Below, in pieces: positions 9,377 to 18,587 of a stretch of DNA of 44,296 bases. Numbering within the stretch: the first letter of the stretch is position 1; each line of letters opens with the position of its first letter. The stretch lies in assembly GCA_045805065.1 (NCBI GenBank), contig JBJMMA010000191.1:1-44296 (forward strand), in the 5' to 3' direction. The position numbers and the translations under genes are program-made. The notes under the pieces are model-generated. The model saw nothing but the letters and a program-made list of their open reading frames with translations. It did no database searches and was not told where the DNA came from. The stretch is from Bdellovibrionia bacterium. Its GTDB lineage: Bacteria > Bdellovibrionota > UBA1018.

Positions 9377-10684
9377 TTACTTCTTTTTCTTGGGAGCGTC
9401 TGCACCCTTGGAGATAGCAGCCTTCAGCTTATCGCCAAAAGCGCCACCCAAGGTGCCGAGTCCGCCACCCGCAGCTGCCGTACCGACAAAGCTCTTCCAA
9501 TCATCGGCGTTTGGATCTTTTGGAACATCGAGCGAGATTTTGCGGTCCTGCTCACGGATCTCACCGATCTGAACGGTGACGGTATCGCCTACTTTAAGCT
9601 TATCGTATGGGAACTCAGGCTTATCAATCGCCTTGGACTTATGAAGGAGCCCGGTCATGCCTTCATCGAGCTTCACAAAGATTCCATAAGGTTCACGACG
9701 CTCGACCTTGCCGGAAACAATAGCGCCGACAGCAAACTTTGGTGCGAAAGACTTTCCACCTTGGCTGCCTTCAGCGCCTGCGCCCTTGCCTGCTGGTCTT
9801 TCAGGCTCTGGTCCAGCTTGCTTGAGAGAAAGGGAGATCTTGATCTTCTCAGTTCCGCCGCCTTCAATTTTAAGAATCTTGACGGTGACTTCCTGGCCGA
9901 CCTGAACGACTTCGGCTGGATCATTGGTACGAGACCATGCCAGCTCAGAGATGTGAATCAAGCCATCAATGCCCGGAGCAAGCTCAACGAAAGCGCCGAA
10001 TTTCTCAAGACGCGCTACACGGCCTTGAATGATATCGCCCGCTTTACGCTCTTGAAAGAAAAGGCCTGAGCTCTGCTCGCGCTCTTCTTCAAGAATCTTG
10101 CGACGGGAGACGACAATATTGCGTCCGCCTTCAGAGAATTGGGTAATGCGGAAAGCGTAACGTTGGCCGACGTAATCTTCTGGCTTATCGACAAACTTAA
10201 GATCCATCTGGCTGACTGGGCAAAAAGCCATCTTGCTCTTGATGGCAACGCGGAAGCCGCCTTTGCAGACCTCAGCGACGCGACCCTCAACCGGAAGCAT
10301 CATATCGAATGCGTCTTCCAGGTCGTCAGCCAGGTTCTTGGAGGTAGGCTTTGGAGAAAGATAGATTTCAGAGCCACGAGCGTGCGTGACGTAAAGATCA
10401 AGGACATCGCCCACCTTGTAGGGGACGTTCCCATCGGCATCCAAAAGATCGCGGCGAGGGACGACGCCATCATGCATGGTGCCGGTCGAGACGAAGACGT
10501 CTTCTTTACCAAGGACAAGGATCTCGCCCTTGACCTTGTCACCTACGGAAAGCTTCTTTTGTTTCTTTCCAAAGGATGCCTCGAGCATCTGTGCGAATTC
10601 GCTCGAGCCTTTGTTTTCGTTTTCTTGGGTGTCCGACGAATCGTCAAAATCGTCGCCGAATGGATTATTTGGGGATTGGGTCAT
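9377..10684 (-). CDS. S1 RNA-binding domain protein (ribosomal protein S1-like, 4 S1 repeats)
   Basis: FGAFVELAPGIDGLIHISELAW, AFCPVSQMD, YGIFVKL..GLLHKS. Confidence 0.9.
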   Translation of the reverse strand: MTQSPNNPFGDDFDDSSDTQENENKGSSEFAQMLEASFGKKQKKLSVGDKVKGEILVLGKEDVFVSTGTMHDGVVPRRDLLDADGNVPYKVGDVLDLYVTHARGSEIYLSPKPTSKNLADDLEDAFDMMLPVEGRVAEVCKGGFRVAIKSKMAFCPVSQMDLKFVDKPEDYVGQRYAFRITQFSEGGRNIVVSRRKILEEEREQSSGLFFQERKAGDIIQGRVARLEKFGAFVELAPGIDGLIHISELAWSRTNDPAEVVQVGQEVTVKILKIEGGGTEKIKISLSLKQAGPEPERPAGKGAGAEGSQGGKSFAPKFAVGAIVSGKVERREPYGIFVKLDEGMTGLLHKSKAIDKPEFPYDKLKVGDTVTVQIGEIREQDRKISLDVPKDPNADDWKSFVGTAAAGGGLGTLGGAFGDKLKAAISKGADAPKKKK

Positions 10685-10726
10685 AAGATCTCTTTCTTAT
10701 GACCCTTTTCTCATTCTTTGAGAAAA
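10678..10726 (-). promoter_or_regulatory. Two tandem hairpins in the S1-gene leader; one includes the start codon
   Basis: GGGTCATAAGA-N6-TCTTATGACCC (10678-10705) and TTTTCTCA-N5-TGAGAAAA (10706-10726). Confidence 0.6.
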
Positions 10727-11149
10727 TCAGCTAGCGAGTTCTTCTTCGTCGCTGGCTTCTTCTTCGCCAGCTTCCAGCAAAATCAGGTCTTCGTAGCGAT
10801 CCCAAACGTCATCAAAACGTGGGAACTCACCAAATTCCTCGCTCAATTCGCGAGCTGCTTCAAAAAAGATCTCCAGGGAGCAAAGCGCGCCTTCACGCTC
10901 TTCATCCGACAGCTGATCCGTAAAGACTTCGGCCAGAAGCTGATCGACTTCCGAGAGGTTCTGATCCAGGGACTGCGTAGGCAGCTCACCGCTCCGAGCG
11001 TAGACACGGCTCAAAAAGTAATATTGGAATCCCAAGAGCTTACGGAGCTCATCCATGTACTGTTGGCTGTATTCGTAAGAAGTGGATTCGCAAGAAGTAG
11101 ATTCAGAAGCGGTTTCAGAAACAGATACGGCGTTAGACATGCTGCTCAT
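10727..11149 (-). CDS. Hypothetical highly acidic protein
   Basis: 140 aa, E/D-rich, fills the gap between co-directional genes. Confidence 0.65.
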   Translation of the reverse strand: MSSMSNAVSVSETASESTSCESTSYEYSQQYMDELRKLLGFQYYFLSRVYARSGELPTQSLDQNLSEVDQLLAEVFTDQLSDEEREGALCSLEIFFEAARELSEEFGEFPRFDDVWDRYEDLILLEAGEEEASDEEELAS

Positions 11150-11231
11150 CTCCAGAAAGACGTCATCGGTTAGATTTTCGGTGGAGCAGCGATTTAATGC
11201 AGAGTGCCGTAACTGTCAATGACCGAGTTGA

Positions 11232-11729
11232 TCAAAAAATTCGGATTACGGAATATTCCCGGATCTGGCCCTGAGCGGCTTCGATCTCAATGATATCTCC
11301 AGCTTTTTTTCCAAGGAGCGCTTCTCCTAATGGGGCCTGTGGCGTGATGACCTGAACGGTTACCCCACCCACGGAGACTGCGATGCCGCCGCCCAGTGGG
11401 GTCAAGAGATGAATGGATCGCTTTTGATTGGACTCAAGTTCAATCTCGACGATCGCGCCGATGGCAACTGGCTCATCAGGAGCAAAGTCCCTGACTTGAA
11501 GCTGACGAAACATCATAATGAGCTTCTGAAGCTCAGTCGCGCGTGCAGCCTGAGCTCCCGCAAGATAGGAAGCCTCAAGACCTCGCGTGTCGTGCTTGTC
11601 CTCAGCGCGGCTTTCCTCGTGGGTAGCAGCTTCATGTGCGGCTTTCGCGGCTTGAACGAGAGCCGAGAGCTCCCCGTTCAGCCGCGAAATCGCCAGTTCA
11701 ATCACTTGTCGCTTATCGATCGATGTCAA
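11232..11729 (-). CDS. GreA/GreB family elongation factor-like protein
   Basis: ATHEESRAEDKHDTRGLEASYLA coiled coil; ITPQAPLGEALLGKKAGD C-terminal motif. Confidence 0.85.
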   Translation of the reverse strand: MTSIDKRQVIELAISRLNGELSALVQAAKAAHEAATHEESRAEDKHDTRGLEASYLAGAQAARATELQKLIMMFRQLQVRDFAPDEPVAIGAIVEIELESNQKRSIHLLTPLGGGIAVSVGGVTVQVITPQAPLGEALLGKKAGDIIEIEAAQGQIREYSVIRIF

Positions 11730-11740
11730 ACGTGGATCTC

Positions 11741-12787
11741 TTAAGTTTGAAGCGACTTCATATCGATCACAAAGCGGTACTTCACATCGCCCTTGATCAT
11801 TCTTTCATAAGCTTCGTTTATTTTTTGGATTGGAATGACCTCAACGTCTGAGACAATTCCTTTTTCAGCGCAATAATCGAGCATTTCCTGAGTTTCAGCG
11901 ATACCGCCAATCAACGATCCTGCAAGGCTTCTACGTCCCATGATGAGGCTGAAGGCCTGGAGCTCGGGTGCCTTGTCAGGAACACCGACCAGAGTCATTG
12001 TTCCGTCGCGCTTAAGAAGACTCAGATAAGTGTTCAGATCGTGCGGAGCAGAAACCGTATCCAGGATGAAATCAAAGGTTCCGGCATGCGCCTCCATCTG
12101 CTCAGGCTTGGTCGAGAGAATCACGTCATGCGCGCCCAGACGCTTTGCGTCTTCACGCTTCTTCTCAGAAGTCGTGAAAACAACGACATGCGCCCCAAAT
12201 GAGCGAGCAAGCTTCACTCCCATATGACCAAGGCCGCCTAAGCCCACAACGCCGACCTTCTGGCCAGGTCCGACCTTCCAATGTCTCAGCGGAGAGTATG
12301 TCGTGATGCCTGCGCAAAGAAGCGGCGCCACTGCCTTGAGATCCGCTTTTGGAGAGACTCTCAGTACGAAGTCCTCGTCCACAACGACGGTGTTGGAATA
12401 ACCACCTTGCGTAGTCGTTCCATCCTTATCGACGCCGTTGTAAGTACCTACCATTCCCTTCTGACAGAACTGCTCGAGATCCTCTTTGCAGTTTGCGCAC
12501 TCGCGACAGGAATTGACCATGCAACCGACGCCAGCGAGATCGCCTTCCTTGAATTTTTTTACATTGGCACCCACGCGAGTCACGCGGCCTACGATCTCGT
12601 GGCCTGGAACCATGGGAAAGGTCGAGCCTCCCCACTCATCACGTGCCTGGTGAATATCGGAGTGGCAAACGCCACAGTACAGAATCTCAATCTGAACGTC
12701 GCGAGGCCCCGGATTGCGGCGCTCGAAAGTGAAAGGTTCGAGAGGAGCTTTTGCGGCTTTGGCAGCGTAGCCTTTTGCTGGGATCAT
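11741..12787 (-). CDS. Zn-dependent NAD(P) alcohol dehydrogenase (cinnamyl ADH/YahK-like)
   Basis: CGVCHSD, GHEIVG, C-x2-C-x2-C-x7-C, GLGGLG, YRFVID. Confidence 0.95.
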   Translation of the reverse strand: MIPAKGYAAKAAKAPLEPFTFERRNPGPRDVQIEILYCGVCHSDIHQARDEWGGSTFPMVPGHEIVGRVTRVGANVKKFKEGDLAGVGCMVNSCRECANCKEDLEQFCQKGMVGTYNGVDKDGTTTQGGYSNTVVVDEDFVLRVSPKADLKAVAPLLCAGITTYSPLRHWKVGPGQKVGVVGLGGLGHMGVKLARSFGAHVVVFTTSEKKREDAKRLGAHDVILSTKPEQMEAHAGTFDFILDTVSAPHDLNTYLSLLKRDGTMTLVGVPDKAPELQAFSLIMGRRSLAGSLIGGIAETQEMLDYCAEKGIVSDVEVIPIQKINEAYERMIKGDVKYRFVIDMKSLQT

Positions 12788-12819
12788 TTTTTCTTCTCCT
12801 TGAATGTTCTCTGGTATTT

Positions 12820-12848
12820 AAATTAGTCGTCCGCCCGGGTTCGTACAA
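12820..12848 (-). promoter_or_regulatory. Putative sigma70 promoter of the ADH gene
   Basis: Minus strand TTGTAC-N17-TAATTT upstream of the AAGGAG RBS. Confidence 0.4.
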
Positions 12849-12989
12849 TCAAAAAGGCCAAACTTACATTCCATTTTGGCACCGATGTTCTTTCTTTTTT
12901 TCACCCTGAGCAAAACGGTTCGAATTACAGCAGCGCGTAAAGTCTGGAAAATCAGGGGTGCAAGAGCAGAGCCCCTGACCAAGCAGCAG

Positions 12990-13005
12990 TGGTATGCGGG
13001 CTGCT
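12990..13005 (+). promoter_or_regulatory. Putative sigma54 promoter
   Basis: TGGTATGCGGGCTGCT (GG-N10-GC) upstream of 13059. Confidence 0.5.
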
Positions 13006-13058
13006 CTATTACCCATGCAGGTAGCCAAGAAGGCGACCTAGAGTAAGGAGAGAACAGG

Positions 13059-13397
13059 ATGTTCAAGTATTACCTGACGTACCAGTTTGCTGTGGGGTTT
13101 CACCGGGCCTGTGGTTCGCTTCCGCTTGAACACGTAAGAAAGGAAAGTCTGCTTCGAAGTGCCGAGACGATGATTCATCAGTTCGCCACGGCCATTCGAG
13201 CAACTGATCCCAAAGACGAGCTCAAACATCTCTGCGTTGCTTTGCTTTGCGTACGCGACTGCAAAGAAACCTTGGATGAAGCGGGAGTCAAATCTCAGGA
13301 GGTCTTCTCAAAGTATGAAGTCCTGCATCAACGTTTGGAACAGATCTGCATGAAAGCATCGGAGTGCGAGGGAGGGCAGCTCCGTATGTTGGGCTAG
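13059..13397 (+). CDS. Divergent four-helix-bundle protein (IVP/Avd-like)
   Basis: AAGGAG RBS; TYQFAVGFHRAC..L....KESLLRSAETM pattern resembles the four-helix-bundle family. Confidence 0.6.
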   Translation: MFKYYLTYQFAVGFHRACGSLPLEHVRKESLLRSAETMIHQFATAIRATDPKDELKHLCVALLCVRDCKETLDEAGVKSQEVFSKYEVLHQRLEQICMKASECEGGQLRMLG

Positions 13398-13403
13398 TCT
13401 CGC

Positions 13404-14396
13404 TTAAAGAAAAGGAACACGAAACTTCATGGCGCCGCGGATCCGCCAGTAAACCGACAAAGGAGGAATCAGGGCCGAAGTGAAAAACATCTCCGCGATG
13501 TGGGACGGGCTCCAGCTCGTCCCACAGAGCCTTTGAATAGCGAACGACGCGGTCAGCATCGCCCACGCCCAAGCAGAAAAAACCAGGAGTCGGTAAGAGC
13601 TTGTGGCGGCTCCCATCAGCGCAAGCAGGATAAAAAACAGGATCAGGTAATAACGAAGCGGAGGAAGGGCTTGAATCCGAGCGCGGTAAAGCTCCGGATG
13701 TTTTTTATATAATAGCGCATTAAACAGACTCTTCTTCTGTTGTGAGAGGCACACTCCCCATTTCGCGGGTCTCACCGGATGAACCACGAGAGCGTCCTTG
13801 GCACGAGTCAGCTGAAATCCCCTCGCCTCCGCATATCTCAGCAAAGAAAAGTGAAGATCGCTGTCTTCACGCCAGGCCATCCGAAAGCGCTCATCAAAGC
13901 CGCCCACCGCTTCAAGCGCTTCGCGTCTGACAAAACAATTGGCGGTCACAAACTCTGCCCGACAAAGTCCCGATTCGTTTCTTTCATAGTCGGTTGGGAC
14001 ATCGGGAAGCGGCATCACGACGCAACCCGAGGCTGCAACCACATCGGGGCGCTCCACTGCTCGAAGCCCGTTCTCAAGCCAGGATGGATCAGGAATCGTG
14101 TCATCATCCGTGAATGCGATGAGAGGTCCTCTCGAAGCTTGCCACCCTCGATTTCTTGCAGCCGCAGGGCCGTGTGATCCCGTGACAGAAATGTACTTCA
14201 GGGTGGCCCGAAATTCGCGAGCAAGCCCTTCAATCTGCTCGCGCGTCGAGGCAAGCCCCGCATCATCCGCCACGCAAATCTCATACTGGCTCGGATCCAG
14301 CGTTTGTCGGTCCAGTGCCCGAAGACAGCGCTCCAGAAGATCAGGCCTGCGATAAGTCGCAAGAACAACCGATACTCTTACGGCCGCGTCGTTCAC
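13404..14396 (-). CDS. Glycosyltransferase family 2 with C-terminal TM segments
   Basis: GTG 14396 after GAGG; VSVVLATYRR, GPAAARNRG, FTDDD, GGFDERF, WREDSDL. Confidence 0.9.
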   Translation of the reverse strand: MNDAAVRVSVVLATYRRPDLLERCLRALDRQTLDPSQYEICVADDAGLASTREQIEGLAREFRATLKYISVTGSHGPAAARNRGWQASRGPLIAFTDDDTIPDPSWLENGLRAVERPDVVAASGCVVMPLPDVPTDYERNESGLCRAEFVTANCFVRREALEAVGGFDERFRMAWREDSDLHFSLLRYAEARGFQLTRAKDALVVHPVRPAKWGVCLSQQKKSLFNALLYKKHPELYRARIQALPPLRYYLILFFILLALMGAATSSYRLLVFSAWAWAMLTASFAIQRLCGTSWSPSHIAEMFFTSALIPPLSVYWRIRGAMKFRVPFL

Positions 14397-14403
14397 ACTT
14401 GCC

Positions 14404-16161
14404 TCATACAAGACCCTGGGCAAAGCCACCTTTCTCAAGAAGAAACGGTCCGATCGCAAGCGCATCAAGTGGCGAGCTCCAGAAGCACTCAATCGCATCA
14501 CGCGGCGTGCAGACCACCGGCTCACTGCGCGTATTGAAAGAAGTGTTCACTAAAACGGGCACACCTGTGCGAGCCTGAAACGCTTTCAATAGATCATAGT
14601 ATACCGGATTCTGATCCCGTCGAATCGTTTGTACGCGAGCCGTACCGTCCACATGTCGCACCGCTGGAATCTGCGCCGCCTTTTCGGGCCTCACCTCATG
14701 CACAAAGAGCATAAAAGGAGAGACCCCTGCGTTCTTGAACCACTCATCCGCTTCTTCTTCGAGAACAACTGGCGCGACAGGCCTGAAATCCTCGCGCTCT
14801 TTGATGTCATTGAGACGCGCCTGCATATCCGGGCTGATGGGAGACGCGAGAATCGATCGCGCTCCAAGCGCCCTTGGGCCAAATTCCATTCTCCCCTGGA
14901 ACCAGCCGATGATTTTATCTCGTGCCAGGAGCTCTGAAGTCTCCCGAGCGACATCGCGCATTCTGCGATAGGGAACCTTGGACCAGAGAAGGAATTCCTC
15001 AATCTCGTTTTCATCAAATGAGGGACCCCAGAAAGCATGATTCATGCTCCAGAGGCGCTTTTCACGGTTCTCTCCGCTCTTCGCATCGACCCAAAGAGCC
15101 GCACCCAAAGAAGTCCCGGCATCTCCTGCCGCTGGCTGTACCCAAATGTTCTTGTAAGGGCCTTCGTCACGAACGCGGGCGTTCATGACACAATTCAGCG
15201 CCACGCCTCCAGCCATGCATAAATTATTGGACATTGTTTTCGCGTGAAGTATGCGAGCAATCTCAAGAACGGATTCTTCAAGCACCTTTTGGAGCGAATG
15301 AGCGATATTGAAGTGCTTTGCCTCAAGCTCGGCCCCTCTCAGGCGCTTAGGTCCGAACGCCTCTTCATAGTTCACACGCTGGATTGTGTAAGTGCCATCT
15401 TCACGAATGCGAATCATCTTTCGAAACACATCTAAAAATTCGGGCTTTCCATAAGAGGCAAGCGCCATGACTTTGTACTCATCCGATGAGTGGAGAAACC
15501 CAAGATGAGTAGTGATCTCCTCATAAAGCATCCCAAGCGAATGAGGCATATCAACCTGTCCTAAAAGCTCGATCTGAGTGCCTCGTCCGTGACCATAGGT
15601 GGTGGTTGCGCGCTCGCCCCGGCCATCCAAAGTCAGAACCGCTGCTTCTTCAAAGGGCGAAGCATGAAATGCGCTTGCGGCATGCGCCAGATGGTGGGGA
15701 ACATAATGCCATTGATAGGGTCCGTCAAAGCGAGCGCCGATAAAGCGCTTTTGAAGATGATGAGGCCATCCCCCTGCCAAGTGACGTCTTGCATTGACAA
15801 TGGCCGAGAGAAAAAGCGGATCCCAGACCGCTTCCCACTCCTCGACTCCAAGCTCGGCATGCCTTTTAGCGCTGGGCTCAAGAGGCAATGTAATCACTTC
15901 GTTCTGAGCGTGGGTTTTAAGCAGCGGATAAGGATCAAAAGAGTAAGCAATATGATCGACATCATTAAGATGGATACCCGCTTCTTTCAAACAATAATCG
16001 ATGGCATGAAACGGAAGCTCATAGGTGGAGAACGGAATCGGTCTCTTTCCGTGCTTGATACGAGTAAAACGCTCGTCTTCAGCGGCAGCAATCACTTTGC
16101 CATCTTTTACGAGGCAGGCGGACGAATCATGGAAGGCGGCATTGATTCCAAGCGTGTACAT
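14404..16161 (-). CDS. O-carbamoyltransferase (NodU/CmcH/TobZ family)
   Basis: HDSSACL, HHLAHAASAF, GGVALNC, EFGPRALGARS, HVDGTARVQT, NTSFN. Confidence 0.95.
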   Translation of the reverse strand: MYTLGINAAFHDSSACLVKDGKVIAAAEDERFTRIKHGKRPIPFSTYELPFHAIDYCLKEAGIHLNDVDHIAYSFDPYPLLKTHAQNEVITLPLEPSAKRHAELGVEEWEAVWDPLFLSAIVNARRHLAGGWPHHLQKRFIGARFDGPYQWHYVPHHLAHAASAFHASPFEEAAVLTLDGRGERATTTYGHGRGTQIELLGQVDMPHSLGMLYEEITTHLGFLHSSDEYKVMALASYGKPEFLDVFRKMIRIREDGTYTIQRVNYEEAFGPKRLRGAELEAKHFNIAHSLQKVLEESVLEIARILHAKTMSNNLCMAGGVALNCVMNARVRDEGPYKNIWVQPAAGDAGTSLGAALWVDAKSGENREKRLWSMNHAFWGPSFDENEIEEFLLWSKVPYRRMRDVARETSELLARDKIIGWFQGRMEFGPRALGARSILASPISPDMQARLNDIKEREDFRPVAPVVLEEEADEWFKNAGVSPFMLFVHEVRPEKAAQIPAVRHVDGTARVQTIRRDQNPVYYDLLKAFQARTGVPVLVNTSFNTRSEPVVCTPRDAIECFWSSPLDALAIGPFLLEKGGFAQGLV

Positions 16162-17251
16162 CGGAAATCCTTTCGTTCTGAAGTTCGAGCGTTGCGCGCA
16201 CGACCTCAGCCGATGCAACGCCCGTTAAACAAGCGTTATGTCCCTCAGGACAGACGCTTTTGTAGCAATATCGACACTCCACATCCTGAAAGAGGACGCG
16301 ATTACGGACTTTCCAAGGGGTATGTTGCGGATTCGTCAGGGCGTATAGATCAACCACTGGGGTCTCACAGGCTGCGGCAAGATGCACCGTGCCTGTATTG
16401 TTGGAAATCAAAACCGGCGCCAGGGTCAGAAGCGCTGCCAGGTCTTCAAGACTGAGAAGCCCAACGAGCGAGTGAACGCGCTGGCGATGATTCGGAAGCT
16501 CTTTCAAAAGTTCCTCGACAAGAGAAGTCTCATCTTTTGATCCCGTCAAAACAATCTCATAGCCATGCTCTTCGATCAGCGTTCTCGCGGCCTCCGCGAA
16601 CTTCTTAGGCGGATAGCGCCGGGAGGGTGCCGTAGCCCCTGGATGCATCACCGCCCATGGAGCCATGACATCGATTCCGAGCTCAATCAGATTTTTAAGA
16701 ACCCGATCTCCCGACTCTTCCGAAACCTGAACCGCCATTCGATCATCGAATACACCAGGGCTTGAGCCAGGGCTAACCGTGACGACAAGATCAAGCTGCC
16801 GTTTCACTTCGTGGCGGATCTGATCCTGAGGCTCAGTCTCTTTGACCCAATGAGTGAGAAGCTGGTAAGGATTTTCGCGGCAATAAGCCAGGCGCAGCGG
16901 AATTTCAGCGAGATAACAGAGCATCGCCGATGGCAACGGATTCTGACTGTACACAGTGAAGATGACGGCGCCATCAAACTCGTAGCCTTTGAGCTTTTCA
17001 ATCCAACCAAACTCAGGCTCCGCCGACTCACGAGGCCGAGTGGCTTTCAACCATGGGGCATCGTAGACCAGGACTCGGTCAATCTCAGGCATCAGCTTTG
17101 CTGCCTCAGCGCCAGATCGGGAGGTCAGAAGTGTGATTCGTCTTCCCCTGACCTGGGACTTAAGTGCCCTGATCGCGGGTCCGGTCATCAGGACATCTCC
17201 TAAAGAGTCCAGACGAATGCAAAGAATCTCTTTGGCCTGACTCCAATCCAT
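16127..17251 (-). CDS. Glycosyltransferase family 9 (heptosyltransferase II-like)
   Basis: RLDSLGDVLMT, HPGATAPSRRYP, NNTGTVHLAAA. Confidence 0.9.
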   Translation of the reverse strand: MDWSQAKEILCIRLDSLGDVLMTGPAIRALKSQVRGRRITLLTSRSGAEAAKLMPEIDRVLVYDAPWLKATRPRESAEPEFGWIEKLKGYEFDGAVIFTVYSQNPLPSAMLCYLAEIPLRLAYCRENPYQLLTHWVKETEPQDQIRHEVKRQLDLVVTVSPGSSPGVFDDRMAVQVSEESGDRVLKNLIELGIDVMAPWAVMHPGATAPSRRYPPKKFAEAARTLIEEHGYEIVLTGSKDETSLVEELLKELPNHRQRVHSLVGLLSLEDLAALLTLAPVLISNNTGTVHLAAACETPVVDLYALTNPQHTPWKVRNRVLFQDVECRYCYKSVCPEGHNACLTGVASAEVVRATLELQNERISDVHAWNQCRLP

Positions 17252-17256
17252 GACTC

Positions 17257-17826
17257 TCAAGCAGCGCCCCCTTCTGACCAGGACTCTGTGCAAAGAATCT
17301 CAGCAACAGCATCTTCCAAGTCTTTTGCCATGTAATCTGGAACCCGGATCGCTGGCGAAAGCTGCCACTCGGTCTCATTTCCGTTTTCGACGAGAATCGA
17401 GCGGCAACCCGCCCGATGTCCTGCCTCAACGTCATGAAGGATATCGCCGATCATCCAGGAGCTCCTGAGATCAATCCCCTGCTCAGCGGCTGCCTGGAAA
17501 AACATCCCGGGCTCAGGCTTGCGGCAGACACATCCCTGATCCGAAGCATGCGTGCACCAGTAAAACTTTTTGATCCGGCCCGCACAGTCCTCAAGCAGTT
17601 CACGGATGCGTTCCTCAACACCGCTAAGGTCGCCGGCAGTGAACTTTCCCATGGCAACGCCCGGTTGATTGGAGATCACGTAAAGTTCATAACCTGCCAT
17701 TACAAGCCGAGAGAGCGCTTCCGCGGCTCCTGGCATGAGCCGGATCTCATCTGGATTCACATTGAACGGGACGTCTTCAATCAACGTCCCGTCCTTATCA
17801 ATAAACACGGCACTTTTTAAGGCCAC
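17257..17826 (-). CDS. gmhB: HAD-IIIA phosphatase, D-glycero-D-manno-heptose 1,7-bisphosphate phosphatase-like
   Basis: FIDKDGTL, SNQPG, CxH...CxCRKP, IGDILHD. Confidence 0.8.
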   Translation of the reverse strand: MALKSAVFIDKDGTLIEDVPFNVNPDEIRLMPGAAEALSRLVMAGYELYVISNQPGVAMGKFTAGDLSGVEERIRELLEDCAGRIKKFYWCTHASDQGCVCRKPEPGMFFQAAAEQGIDLRSSWMIGDILHDVEAGHRAGCRSILVENGNETEWQLSPAIRVPDYMAKDLEDAVAEILCTESWSEGGAA

Positions 17827-18542
17827 GAGGTCTCCCGCATTGGAAGCGCCATCACTTCAGGAATCACCGTTCCTTCAGGCGTGGACAGAACCATCCGAAT
17901 CGTTTCAGCAACGTTCACAGGATCTTGAAGGTTGTTCAGATCGATATCAGGGAAGCGCTCAAGCAGGAACGGAGTTCTCATACCGCCGCAGATCAAGGCA
18001 GTCACTCTGACGTTATGTGGGCGAGCCTCCGTATGAAGAGCATGAGTGAAACCTAAAAGACCCCACTTACTGGCGTGATAAGCCGAAGCATTCGGCCAGG
18101 CTCTCTTGGCAGCCGTTGAAACCACGTTCAGAATGTAGCCGCTTTTGCGCTCACGCATATGAGGAAGCGCGTACTTGGACATGAGAAACGGGCCGCGGAG
18201 ATTGACATCAATGATGCGATCCCAATCTTGAGCACTCATTTCTTCGATTGGAACCGTGACATCGACGCCCGCATTGTTGATCAGGGCATCCACTCGTCCA
18301 AGCTCGGAGACGGTTTGCCGGATGGCGCTTTCAGCGCGGGCTTCATCCGAGACATCCAGCTCCATCGGAGTTGCAATGTAGCCACTATCACGAATCTTTG
18401 CAGCCACCTGCTGAGCCTGTTCACGGCGTACGTCAGCAACGACGACTCTTGCTCCAGAGCGAGAAAGAACCTGGCAGATCGCTTCGCCAAGTCCGCGTCC
18501 GCCTCCCGTCACCAGAATCACCTTGTCCTTGAGTTGTTCCAT
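17817..18542 (-). CDS. SDR family oxidoreductase
   Basis: TGGGRGLG, NNAG, YHASK. Confidence 0.95.
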   Translation of the reverse strand: MEQLKDKVILVTGGGRGLGEAICQVLSRSGARVVVADVRREQAQQVAAKIRDSGYIATPMELDVSDEARAESAIRQTVSELGRVDALINNAGVDVTVPIEEMSAQDWDRIIDVNLRGPFLMSKYALPHMRERKSGYILNVVSTAAKRAWPNASAYHASKWGLLGFTHALHTEARPHNVRVTALICGGMRTPFLLERFPDIDLNNLQDPVNVAETIRMVLSTPEGTVIPEVMALPMRETSWP

Positions 18543-18587
18543 TTTTTCCTATTTCCTTTCATTAAATTTGCGATTGGTAATGAATCC

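Noticed and set aside
9377..10684. Gene symbol rpsA
   Set aside because: Only four S1 repeats and non-canonical context; may be a paralog.
12900..12960. Possible c-di-GMP-I riboswitch (GCAAAAC...GTAAAG)
   Set aside because: The required stems and GNRA loop do not form; would need an Infernal hit.
13059..13397. Avd of a diversity-generating retroelement
   Set aside because: No reverse transcriptase or TR/VR repeat pair seen in the window.
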